A stretch of 64,000 nt of DNA from Actinomycetes bacterium (GTDB lineage Bacteria > Actinomycetota > Thermoleophilia > BMS3ABIN01). The position numbers and the translations under genes were made by a program. The notes below the pieces were generated by a model. It had not been told where the DNA came from. It did no database searches and saw nothing but the letters and a program-made list of their open reading frames with translations. Positions within the stretch are counted from its first letter, which is position 1. Every line of letters begins with the position of its first letter. This document shows, piece after piece, positions 18,872 to 27,730 of the stretch. The stretch is taken from the NCBI GenBank assembly GCA_021790115.1, contig JAJYIM010000003.1, forward strand, positions 16,602-80,601, given 5' to 3'.

Positions 18872-21583
18872 CTACGCACCGCCCGCTCCCTCGGAGACTG
18901 CATTTATCCCGGCAAAAATCCCTGGGCTAACGATGCCCTCCAGTCCCGGCAGGCAAACTGGCACTCCGGCGACGCCAGCCGGCAGGGCGTCAATCAATCT
19001 GACAGGCAGACGAATGAAGCCTGCCGGCGTCTGTAGCTCAACAAGGCCACCGGCTGTGATGTTTAGTCCAGCGGCGTCAGAGGGGCTTAGGGCTAGGTAT
19101 GGGGACGGGGCCAGCTGTCTGATCCCGGGGGAAAAGACACTGAGCTCTTCGGAGCCAAAGATATGATAAAGCGGCACCAGCAGCCACCGGCCGGCGCTAC
19201 GGGAAAACGGGCCGGGCGCCTGCTGAAAATAATGCGGCCGCCGGCGCGCCGGCTCGATCAGGCGCTTGCCCGGATCTCCTCCCCGCAGGGGGCCGCCAAC
19301 TTCTTCCTGGAACTTGTTAAGCGCCTGCGCCGAGTTCCAGCCCGGCTCCCAGTAGCGGGGAATCAGCGGCGGCGGCGGCTGCCCCTGAAAGCCTTCCATG
19401 GAGAATGCTAGCGGGCTGTCACGATCGGCAGGAGACTGGGGCTCGTTGACGCTCAAGTTTGCCGACATCGCCGTGCGGCCGCTGTAGCTTCGCGCCTGGC
19501 GGGCGACTTTCTGGCCGCCGATGCGGAAATCGGCGCCAGGGGCCGCCAGGCCGGCGCCTGTGAAAACAGGCAACTCTTTTTCAAGGTCGCCGATTACATC
19601 GTCAATTGTCTGCCAGGCCGCCTCGGCTGCCGGCGTTATGCCGGCCAACCAACGCCAGCTCTCCATCACATCTCCCAAAGGAGGCATCACCTTGAAATAA
19701 CGCTGCGCCCGGCCTTCGCTGTTTACAAGCGTGCCGTCGCTTTCAGCAAAAGTAGCAGCAGGCAGCACGACTGAGGCCCTCTCTGTGGTTGAGTTATCAA
19801 GGCTGTCAATCGCGATTACGTGGCGGGCTTTAAACAGCCTGTTCACAATGGATGGTTCAGCGCGGCGGTAAAGGTCGTTCTCCAGGATGACAACGGTGTC
19901 GGCCTCGCCACTTTCAACTGCCTCCACGGCGAGGCTGAGGGGGCCGCCCTCCATGAGGGCGGCCCCCATGCTGTTGGCCTCCGGCAACGTCAGGCAAAGG
20001 CCGGCCGGCCGGCCACTCTCAGCCAAAGCCCAGGCCACGTTGGCAGCAGCCTCCAGCACCGCTTCGCTTCCCAGTCCGGCGCCCGAGATAACCAGGGGGC
20101 GCTCCGCTTCCTCAAGGGCGTTTGCAATAGCGGCTGCCAGGGTGCGCTCCTCCGCACCCTGGCCGGCGGCTGCCGGAGCGTCCTGGTCAAGCAGGGAGGC
20201 AACCATAAATCCCAGGCGGGCAATTTCAGCGGGGGCTGCCCGCCAGGCGGCCGTCGCAATAGCGTCCAGCCTGGCGGCCGCCGGCGTAGCGATAAAAAGC
20301 GGTCCCCGCCGCTGCTGAACTGCCCCGCGGCTGGCCGTATCATCCCATGGTGGGATGGCGCCGGCCGCGTCTCTGAGCGGCCTTTGCCGCACAGACTGGC
20401 GCAGGGCCAGGTCCAGCATCGGCGCAAAATTCGTTACGTCCTCGCCCAGAACAAGCACGGCGTCGGACTTGTGTATGTCACCTGGGGGAACGGAGCGCGC
20501 TGGCCCTGTTTGCAGAATCCGGACCGCCAGGCGGGCCAGCCGCTGCCCGCCGTCGCTTACGCCGGACACAAACCTGTCCGGCCCCGCCAGACGGCGCAGG
20601 GCATAATTTGCTTCCAGGGAAGCCCGCGGCGATCCAATCCCAACGATGCCCCTGCATCCGGCAATGATTCCCCGCAGCCGCCTGAGCGCCGCCGCGGCCG
20701 AAACAGGCGCCGGGGCGCCCCCGGCCTTGCGCAGCAAGGGACGGCGCAGGCGCCTGGCGCTGTTTACAAATTCATAACCGAAACGGCCCCGGTCGCAAAG
20801 GAAATAGCCGTTCACCTGGCCATTGAAGCGGTTGCTAATCCGCCTCAGCGAGCCGTAGCGGCTGCCGGGAATGATGTTGCATCCAAGCGCGCAATGCATG
20901 CAGACCGATGGCGCCGTCTGCATGTCCCATTTGCGCGTGTAATGGCGCTTCAGGCTTTTGTCGGTAAAAACGCCCGTGGGGCAGACCTCCGCCAGGTTGC
21001 CGCTAAACTCGCTTTCCAGGACTCCACTCTCATGGCGGCCAAAATATACCTGGCTCCTTAGTGAAAAAGCGCCCAGATCGCTGCCGCCGGCGTAGTCGCG
21101 GTAAAAGCGGACACAGCGGTAGCACTGAATGCAGCGGTTCATCTCGTGGTTGACAAATGGACCCAGATCCTGATTGTGGAACGTCCTTTTCTTGCCACGG
21201 TAACGGCGGCGGCTGTGGCCGGTCATGACGGTCATGTCCTGCAGGTGGCATTCGCCGCCCTCGTCACAGACTGGGCAGTCATGGGGATGGTTCAGCATCA
21301 TTAACTCAATGACGCCGGCGCGGAAGGCGCGTGCCTCCGGGTCGTCAATTGAGATGCGGACGCCCTCACCGGCAGGAGTCATGCAGGCCATTACGATTCT
21401 GCCCCTCGTGTCATGCTCGTCCCGGAACTGCTTGACGGCGCACTGGCGGCAGGCGCCCACCGAATGCAGCGCCGGATGCCAGCAAAAATATGGCAGGTCA
21501 AAACCGAGCGAGAGGCACGCGGCGAGCAGGTTCTGGCCAGCCTCGATTTCATGTTGCTTGTTGTCAACAAAAATGCGCACCAT
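18872..21583 (-). CDS. nuoG: NADH-quinone oxidoreductase subunit G (75 kDa Fe-S subunit)
   Basis: N-terminal 2Fe-2S/4Fe-4S ferredoxin-like cysteine motifs (CWHPALHSVGACRQCAV; HPHDCPVCDEGGECHLQ), molybdopterin-oxidoreductase-like C-terminal domain. 903 aa. Confidence 0.9.
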   Translation of the reverse strand: MVRIFVDNKQHEIEAGQNLLAACLSLGFDLPYFCWHPALHSVGACRQCAVKQFRDEHDTRGRIVMACMTPAGEGVRISIDDPEARAFRAGVIELMMLNHPHDCPVCDEGGECHLQDMTVMTGHSRRRYRGKKRTFHNQDLGPFVNHEMNRCIQCYRCVRFYRDYAGGSDLGAFSLRSQVYFGRHESGVLESEFSGNLAEVCPTGVFTDKSLKRHYTRKWDMQTAPSVCMHCALGCNIIPGSRYGSLRRISNRFNGQVNGYFLCDRGRFGYEFVNSARRLRRPLLRKAGGAPAPVSAAAALRRLRGIIAGCRGIVGIGSPRASLEANYALRRLAGPDRFVSGVSDGGQRLARLAVRILQTGPARSVPPGDIHKSDAVLVLGEDVTNFAPMLDLALRQSVRQRPLRDAAGAIPPWDDTASRGAVQQRRGPLFIATPAAARLDAIATAAWRAAPAEIARLGFMVASLLDQDAPAAAGQGAEERTLAAAIANALEEAERPLVISGAGLGSEAVLEAAANVAWALAESGRPAGLCLTLPEANSMGAALMEGGPLSLAVEAVESGEADTVVILENDLYRRAEPSIVNRLFKARHVIAIDSLDNSTTERASVVLPAATFAESDGTLVNSEGRAQRYFKVMPPLGDVMESWRWLAGITPAAEAAWQTIDDVIGDLEKELPVFTGAGLAAPGADFRIGGQKVARQARSYSGRTAMSANLSVNEPQSPADRDSPLAFSMEGFQGQPPPPLIPRYWEPGWNSAQALNKFQEEVGGPLRGGDPGKRLIEPARRRPHYFQQAPGPFSRSAGRWLLVPLYHIFGSEELSVFSPGIRQLAPSPYLALSPSDAAGLNITAGGLVELQTPAGFIRLPVRLIDALPAGVAGVPVCLPGLEGIVSPGIFAGINAVSEGAGGA

Positions 21584-21590
21584 TATTTGA

Positions 21591-22877
21591 TCACGCGTGT
21601 TTCCACGGGCACCTTTTCTGATGGACGTGGCGCTCGAAATCTTCCCGGAAGAAACGCAGGGCGCTGGCTAGGGGCTCGGCCGCCCCAGGAGCGAGAGCGC
21701 AATAAGTGTGGCCGGGAGCAAGCATGCCCGCCAGCGAAGCCAGCATGTCAATGTCTTCCATCCGGCCCCTGCCGGCTTCGATGTCACCCAGCAGCTGAAC
21801 GATAAACTGCAGGCCTCCCCAGCAAGGAGTGCACCAGCCGCATGATTCCCTGGCAAAGAAACGCTCAAGGTTAAGAACCATGCCAACGGGACAGGAACGG
21901 TCGTCCAGGACGATAATGGTGCCTGTGCCCAGCCGGCTGCCGGCGGCTTCCACAGAACCAAAATCCATCTTCACGTCAAGGTGCGCCGGGGTAAGAAAAT
22001 CCGTCGAAGCGCCGCCGGGCAAAAGGCCGCGCAGGCTGTAACCTTCCTGCATCCCGCCCGCGTGCTCCTCCAGAACTTCTTTTAAGGTCGTTCCCATCGG
22101 CAGTTCCCAGGCGCCCGGGGAGCGGACGCGGCCGCTGGCGCCGTATATTTTCGTGCCGCCCTCGGCGCTGCGGCTCAGCCCCTTAAACCAGCCGGCGCCA
22201 TTGTTGACGATATGCGGAATATTACAGATGGTCTCAACGTTGTTTACGACAGTGGGCTTGCCCCAGAGTCCGGATGTTTGCGGGTAAGGCGGCTTGGAGC
22301 GGGGGTTGGCCCGTTTGCCTTCTATGGCGTTAAGCAGCCCCGTCTCCTCGCCGCAAATATAGCGGCCGCCGCTGATATGAAGATAAAGATCGAGGCTGAA
22401 GCCGGAACCGATGATATTGCGCCCCAGGAGGCCGCGGCTATAGGCTTCGGCGACCGCCTGTTTAAGCTGCCTGGCGGCTAGCCGGTATTCCCAGCGCAGG
22501 AATACAAAGGCAACTTCCGCCTGAACGGCGTAGGCGGCCAGAATCGCACCCTCAACCAGCTGGTGCGGGTCGCCTTCCAACAGCAACCTGTCTTTAAAAG
22601 CGCCGGGCTCCATCTCATCAGCGTTGACAACCAGGTATTTTGGATGGGGCGCATCCTCTCCCATCGGGACGAAGCTCCATTTCTGACCGGCGTCAAAGCC
22701 GGCGCCGCCCCTGCCTTTAAGGCCGGCGTCCTTGACGGCCCCGGTGACCTCCGCCGGCGCCATGCCCTTAAGCGCCTTGCGCACGGCCCGGTAGCCGCCG
22801 TTTTTCTCGTAGGCGGCGATATCCGGCGGCCGGCGCCCAGGACGGATGTTCATTGTCAGAGGCGTTTCCATTTCCAT
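21591..22877 (-). CDS. nuoF: NADH-quinone oxidoreductase subunit F (NADH-binding, FMN, 4Fe-4S)
   Basis: GRGGAGF (NADH/FMN site), C-terminal ESCGWCTPC Fe-S motif. 428 aa. Confidence 0.9.
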   Translation of the reverse strand: MEMETPLTMNIRPGRRPPDIAAYEKNGGYRAVRKALKGMAPAEVTGAVKDAGLKGRGGAGFDAGQKWSFVPMGEDAPHPKYLVVNADEMEPGAFKDRLLLEGDPHQLVEGAILAAYAVQAEVAFVFLRWEYRLAARQLKQAVAEAYSRGLLGRNIIGSGFSLDLYLHISGGRYICGEETGLLNAIEGKRANPRSKPPYPQTSGLWGKPTVVNNVETICNIPHIVNNGAGWFKGLSRSAEGGTKIYGASGRVRSPGAWELPMGTTLKEVLEEHAGGMQEGYSLRGLLPGGASTDFLTPAHLDVKMDFGSVEAAGSRLGTGTIIVLDDRSCPVGMVLNLERFFARESCGWCTPCWGGLQFIVQLLGDIEAGRGRMEDIDMLASLAGMLAPGHTYCALAPGAAEPLASALRFFREDFERHVHQKRCPWKHA

Positions 22878-22948
22878 TGGTTCAAAGTTTCAGGTTTAGG
22901 TTTTGTCCAGCATCCATAATCCAGCATCCAGCATCCGTTTACTCGTAC
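22878..22948 (+). repeat. heptamer-tandem intergenic element copy C, in the 61-nt nuoE-nuoF intercistronic gap
   Basis: GGTTCAAAGTTTCAGGTTTAGGTTTTGTCCAGC ATCCATA ATCCAGC ATCCAGC ATCCGTTTACTCG. Confidence 0.7.
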
Positions 22949-23403
22949 TTATCAAGGATCTCGCCGATTCTGTCCGGGTCGACGTTGGTGTGCAAATCTT
23001 CGTCGATCATCATTGCCGGCGCCCGGTCGCAGGCGCCCAGGCAGACAACCGGCAAAAGAGTGAAGCGGCCGTCTGCGGTTGTCCGGCCCGGGTCGACTCC
23101 GAGGCAGCCGGCAATGTGGCTCATCAACTTCTTCGAATCCATCAGCCAGCAGCTGACGCTGTCACAGGCGAGGATCACGTGCCTGCCCACAGGCCGTCTG
23201 AATATCAAGTTGTAGAAGCTGGCGGTTCCGTCCAGCTCGGCAATGGGCATCTCCAGCAGTTTGCTCAGCTCAGCGATGGCCTCGTCAGAAACCCATCCCT
23301 GGTGGCGCTGCACTATCCTGAGGGCGTCGATGGCGGCTGCCTGCCTGACCGGGTAAGGAGCCATTGCCGCTTCTATTTCCATTTTTACTTCTCTTTTTAA
23401 CAT
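22939..23403 (-). CDS. nuoE: NADH-quinone oxidoreductase subunit E (2Fe-2S)
   Basis: Thioredoxin-like 2Fe-2S motif ACDSVSC...VVCLGACDRAP. 154 aa. Confidence 0.9.
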   Translation of the reverse strand: MLKREVKMEIEAAMAPYPVRQAAAIDALRIVQRHQGWVSDEAIAELSKLLEMPIAELDGTASFYNLIFRRPVGRHVILACDSVSCWLMDSKKLMSHIAGCLGVDPGRTTADGRFTLLPVVCLGACDRAPAMMIDEDLHTNVDPDRIGEILDKYE

Positions 23404-23430
23404 TGTTAGTTTATCTTTGCTGCTTTTCGA

Positions 23431-25188
23431 TTAGCGGTCCACATCCGCCAGGACGTAATCGATGCTTCCCAGGATCGCCAGCAGGTCAGGGATCATGGCG
23501 CCGCCGCTGATAAAGGGGATCATCTGCAAGTGGGGGAAGGAGGGGGTGCGGATGCGCAGCCGGTAGGGTCCGCTGCCGCCATCGCTGATCAGATAGTAGC
23601 TGTTTATCCCTTTCGCCGCCTCAACGGCGGCGGTTGCTTCCCCGGGCGGAATAACAGGCCCCCAGCCGGCCTGAAGAAAATGGGTGATCAGGGTCTCGAT
23701 GTCAGCCAAGGTTCGCTGCTTTGGCGGCGGCGCCGCCAAGGGATGGCCAGCCTTGTATGGCCCTGGGGGCATGTTTTCCACGCACTGGCTGATGATCCTC
23801 AGGCTCTGGCTGATTTCCGCTACCCGCACTGCCGCCCGGTCATAGCAGTCGCCGGCGTCAGCGGTGGGAATGTCAAACTCGAACTGGTCATAACCGCTGT
23901 AGGGGCGCTGCTTGCGCAAATCCCATTCCAGCCCGCAGGCGCGCAGTCCGGGGCCGGTGACGCCCCACTCGACTGCTTCCTTAAGCGAGTAGGCGCCAAT
24001 GCCCTTGGTGCGGGCCTTGAAAATGCGGTTCTGCATTACGATGCGGTCATATTCCTGCAGCCGCCGGGGCAGATAAGCCAGAAAGTCACGCACTCCCGCG
24101 TCCCAGCCCCGGGGCAGGTCCTGGGCGACACCGCCGATGCGGAACCAGTTGGGGTGCATGCGGTCCCCGCAGATGGCGGCAATGATGTCAAAGAGGCGTT
24201 CGCGGTCGGTAAACATGTAAAACACCGGCGACATCGTCCCCACGTCCTGGGCAAAGGTGCCGTACCAGACCAGATGGCTGGCGATGCGGAACAGCTCCGA
24301 CAGCATCACCCTGATCACCTGCGCCCGCTCCGGGACCTCGATGCCGGCCAACTGCTCCACCGCCATCACGTACGGCAGGTTGTTCAGAACGCCGCCCAGA
24401 TAGTCAATGCGGTCAGTGTAAGGAATGTAAGTATGCCAAGTCTGCCGCTCGCCCATTTTTTCCGCGCCGCGGTGGTGATAGCCAATATCAGGAACAGCGT
24501 CAACGATCACTTCACCGTCCAGCTGCAGAACGATGCGCAACAGGCCATGCGTGCCAGGGTGCTGCGGGCCGACATTGAGGAAAAGAAAATCTGTATCACC
24601 GTGGCGCCGGCTGATGCCCCAGTCCTCAGGACGAAACTTGAGCGCCTGCTCCTCTTTCTCTTCCCTGGCTTCAGGCAGCCGGTACGGCTCCATTTCGGTG
24701 GCCCGGGCGGGATGCTCCTTCCGCAGCGGGTGGCCTTCCCAGGTGGGCGGCATCAGGATGCGGCGCAGGTGCGGATGCCCGTTAAAGACAATGCCAAACA
24801 TGTCCCAGGCTTCCCGCTCATACCAGTTGGCTGCGGGCCAGATATTGACAATGCTTTGGGCGGCGGGGCTTTCCCCCTTCAACGCAGTTTTGACGCAAAT
24901 ATCCTCAGCGCGGTCAAGGGAGAAAAGATGGTAGGCGAGCGTAAAATCACCCTCCGGCTGGTCACGGCGGTGGCTGCGCAGGCGCTCATCGATGGCGGTC
25001 AGGTTGTAAAGCATTGGGAAGGGGCTGCCGGCCTCGCTTTTTAGATACCGTAACAGCTGTGGCAATTTGTCAGCGGGCGCCCAGATAACGGGGGGGCCGC
25101 CCTGCACCTGCTGGCGGGTGAAACCCGGGCCGCCGAATTTCTGCTCGGCTGCCGCAAGTGCATCGGCGCTGCTTTCCTGGACTTTCAC
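23431..25188 (-). CDS. nuoCD: NADH-quinone oxidoreductase subunit C/D fusion
   Basis: 585 aa: N-terminal ~170 aa NuoC-like (30 kDa subunit) fused in frame to the NuoD 49-kDa domain ([16 protein letters not shown]... to C-terminal ...YVLADVDR). Confidence 0.85.
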   Translation of the reverse strand: MKVQESSADALAAAEQKFGGPGFTRQQVQGGPPVIWAPADKLPQLLRYLKSEAGSPFPMLYNLTAIDERLRSHRRDQPEGDFTLAYHLFSLDRAEDICVKTALKGESPAAQSIVNIWPAANWYEREAWDMFGIVFNGHPHLRRILMPPTWEGHPLRKEHPARATEMEPYRLPEAREEKEEQALKFRPEDWGISRRHGDTDFLFLNVGPQHPGTHGLLRIVLQLDGEVIVDAVPDIGYHHRGAEKMGERQTWHTYIPYTDRIDYLGGVLNNLPYVMAVEQLAGIEVPERAQVIRVMLSELFRIASHLVWYGTFAQDVGTMSPVFYMFTDRERLFDIIAAICGDRMHPNWFRIGGVAQDLPRGWDAGVRDFLAYLPRRLQEYDRIVMQNRIFKARTKGIGAYSLKEAVEWGVTGPGLRACGLEWDLRKQRPYSGYDQFEFDIPTADAGDCYDRAAVRVAEISQSLRIISQCVENMPPGPYKAGHPLAAPPPKQRTLADIETLITHFLQAGWGPVIPPGEATAAVEAAKGINSYYLISDGGSGPYRLRIRTPSFPHLQMIPFISGGAMIPDLLAILGSIDYVLADVDR

Positions 25189-25193
25189 CTTGC

Positions 25194-25829
25194 CTAGACC
25201 TCGCCGGGGGGCCTGAGCCTGTCGGTTTTTTGCCTCTCGGCACGCATGCGGTCGCGGCGGGCGGGAAATGGGGGGCGCACAGTATCCTGCCGGGCGGCAT
25301 GCCAGCTAAGCGGCCGCCGCTCCCGTCCGACAGCGCTGCTGAGCATCAGCAGCCCTTCCATGAAAGCATCGGGGCGGGGGGGACAACCGGGCACGTAAAC
25401 GTCGACGGGCAGAAACTTGTCAACTCCCTGGACAACGCTGTAAATGTCGTACATGCCGCCGGAGTTGGCGCACGAGCCCATTGAGATCACCCAGCGCGGC
25501 TCCATCATCTGCTCGTAGAGAAGCTTGATGATGGGCGCCATTTTCGCAAAGACGGTGCCGGCAATTACCATCAGGTCAGCCTCCCTGGGCGTTCCCCTGA
25601 TCACCTCGGCGCCAAAGCGGGCGATATCATACTTGCTGGTAATGCAGGTGGCCATCTCCACGTAGCAGCATGAAAGGCCGAAGTTAAAAGGCCAGATTGA
25701 GTTTTTGCGGCCCCAGGAGATCAGATCCTGAAGCCGGGAGAGCAAAAGCACGCGCCCAACCGTCTCTGCCGGCGAATCTGTCCAGGCCGCCATTTTGGCG
25801 CCTTCTCCGTCTCCGGCCGAAGCGATCAT
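25194..25829 (-). CDS. nuoB: NADH-quinone oxidoreductase subunit B (4Fe-4S N2)
   Basis: CCYVEMA...[10 protein letters not shown]...GCPPRP cysteine ligands. Has a ~50-aa Arg-rich C-terminal tail beyond the conserved core. Confidence 0.85.
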   Translation of the reverse strand: MIASAGDGEGAKMAAWTDSPAETVGRVLLLSRLQDLISWGRKNSIWPFNFGLSCCYVEMATCITSKYDIARFGAEVIRGTPREADLMVIAGTVFAKMAPIIKLLYEQMMEPRWVISMGSCANSGGMYDIYSVVQGVDKFLPVDVYVPGCPPRPDAFMEGLLMLSSAVGRERRPLSWHAARQDTVRPPFPARRDRMRAERQKTDRLRPPGEV

Positions 25830-26266
25830 GACCTGCCTTTTTCCGGTGGTCCGGCGTTACCGCCGCCCGGCCGGAGCCCAGCACCCGGCTTTGGCCGCCG
25901 CGGTCCCCAATCAAGGGCGCCCTGCCGCCACAGATACGCCAACGCCGCGCCGAGGATGCCGATAAAGACGACAATTTCAATATATCCCTGCCAGCCGGCG
26001 GCGCGGATGGCGACAGCCCAGGAAATAATAAACATGGCCTCCAGATCAAAGATGACAAAGAAAATCGCGTTCTGATAAAACTTGACATCAAAGCGCACCC
26101 GCGCAGTACCCGTTGATATAATCCCAGATTCGTATGGTTTGCCGGTCTCTGTTTCCCGGTGCCGTTGCCCGAGGATGTAGGAAAGCGCCAGCAGCCCCCC
26201 GGTGATGAACACGGTCGCGCCAAAATAAACAGCCAGCGGCCAAAGCGGAATCCGGGCTACGTCCAT
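25826..26266 (-). CDS. nuoA: NADH-quinone oxidoreductase subunit A
   Basis: 3-TM NuoA core (…[21 protein letters not shown]…) plus a Gly/Pro-rich C-terminal tail. Start overlaps the gnd stop by 10 nt. Confidence 0.85.
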   Translation of the reverse strand: MDVARIPLWPLAVYFGATVFITGGLLALSYILGQRHRETETGKPYESGIISTGTARVRFDVKFYQNAIFFVIFDLEAMFIISWAVAIRAAGWQGYIEIVVFIGILGAALAYLWRQGALDWGPRRPKPGAGLRPGGGNAGPPEKGRS

Positions 26267-27663
26267 TGCGTGTGAAAAACCCCCTCCGCATCCACGCGCT
26301 CGTACTTATGGGCGCCGAAATAATCGCGCTGCGCCTGGATCAGATTGGCAGGCAGCCGGGCGCTGCGGTAGCCGTCAAAATACGCCAGGCAGGCCATGAA
26401 GGCCGGCGACGGAATATGCAGGCGGGCGGCGGCGCTGGCAACATCGCTCAGGGCGTCAAGCCGTTTCCGCGCTTCGCCACCGATCTCCCTGTCCAGGAGA
26501 ATATTGGGCAGGTCCGGCCGCTGCCGGTAAGCCGCGCGGATAGTTTCCAGCAGGCTGGCCCTGATGATGCAGCCGCCGCGCCAGATGCGGGCGACCGCCT
26601 CCAGGTCGAGGCCGTAACCATATGAATCCGAAGCCCTTTTCAAATGGGCCATTCCCTGGGCGTAGGCGATAATGACGGCAGCATAAAAAGCATCCCTGAG
26701 CCGGGACAGAAACTGGTCCCGGCCGCCCTCCAGGCCATGGCCGGCGCCGCCCAGCGCGCCCGCGGCGGCCAGCCGCTCGCTTTTAAAAGCAGACAGGTTG
26801 CGCATGGCAACGGCGGCGTCCATGGCCGGCGCCGGCACGCCCAGGTTCATGGCGTCCTGGGATGTCCACATTCCCGTTCCCAACTGTTTTGCTTCGTCGC
26901 GAATCATGTTGACAAGAGGGTTGCCAGTGTCATCATCAACCCTGGCGAGGATGTCAACAGTTATCTCAAGCAGGAAAGAGGCAGCCTCGCCCTGGTTCCA
27001 GTTGCCAAAAGCAGCCTGCATCTGAGCAGCGCTCAGACCCAGGCCCTGCTTCATCAGGTCGTAGGATTCGGCAATTAACTGCATCACGGCGTATTCGATG
27101 CCGTTATGGACCATCTTGACGTAGTGGCCGGCCGACCGCGGCCCTAGGTAGGTGACGCAAGGATCGCCGCCCACCCGGGCGGCGGCCGCCTCGAGGACGG
27201 ACTGCACCTGCCCGTAGGCTTTCTTGCTGCCGCCCGGCATGATGCTGGGGCCATGCCGGGCGCCGCTCTCGCCGCCGGAGACGCCGGCGCCCATGAAGTG
27301 GATGCCACTGCCGGCCAGCATCTGCTCGCGGCGGTCGGTATCCTTGAAAAAAGAGTTGCCGCAGTCGATAATCAGGTCGCCAGGCTTTAGCAGCGGCAGC
27401 AGATCGCCAATGACGGCGTCCACCGGCGGCCCTGCCGGAACCAGCATCATCACCGCCCGGGGCTGGCGCAGCGCCGAAACAAGCTCCGCCGGGCTTTGAG
27501 CCGCCAGGACCGGCCGGCCGGCGGCCTCTTCCCGCATGGCTTGCAATTGGGACTGGTCCTTGTCGTAACCTGCGACGCTGAAGCCATGGTCGGCAATGTT
27601 GAGAACCAGGTTGCGTCCCATCACTCCCAGGCCGATCATGCCGATCTCGTATTGCCCGCTCAT
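26257..27663 (-). CDS. gnd: 6-phosphogluconate dehydrogenase (decarboxylating)
   Basis: N-terminal Rossmann IGMIGLGVMGRNLVLNI, 468 aa, full-length similarity to the Gnd family. The residues aligned to the NADP 2'-phosphate-binding N-R-S/T motif are D-K-D. Confidence 0.9.
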   Translation of the reverse strand: MSGQYEIGMIGLGVMGRNLVLNIADHGFSVAGYDKDQSQLQAMREEAAGRPVLAAQSPAELVSALRQPRAVMMLVPAGPPVDAVIGDLLPLLKPGDLIIDCGNSFFKDTDRREQMLAGSGIHFMGAGVSGGESGARHGPSIMPGGSKKAYGQVQSVLEAAAARVGGDPCVTYLGPRSAGHYVKMVHNGIEYAVMQLIAESYDLMKQGLGLSAAQMQAAFGNWNQGEAASFLLEITVDILARVDDDTGNPLVNMIRDEAKQLGTGMWTSQDAMNLGVPAPAMDAAVAMRNLSAFKSERLAAAGALGGAGHGLEGGRDQFLSRLRDAFYAAVIIAYAQGMAHLKRASDSYGYGLDLEAVARIWRGGCIIRASLLETIRAAYRQRPDLPNILLDREIGGEARKRLDALSDVASAAARLHIPSPAFMACLAYFDGYRSARLPANLIQAQRDYFGAHKYERVDAEGVFHTQWT

Positions 27664-27730
27664 GGTGACCTCCTAAGATTGCATTCGTCCCGGCTGCGCA
27701 ACGCAACAAAGGACGCAATTAATCCTTACT

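Noticed and set aside
19820-21061. 413-aa plus-strand ORF
   Set aside because: It lies completely inside nuoG on the opposite strand, has Ala/Arg/Gly/Pro-rich composition and no motifs. Artefact.
23530-25044. 504-aa plus-strand ORF
   Set aside because: Antisense to nuoCD; no recognisable domain, composition-driven.
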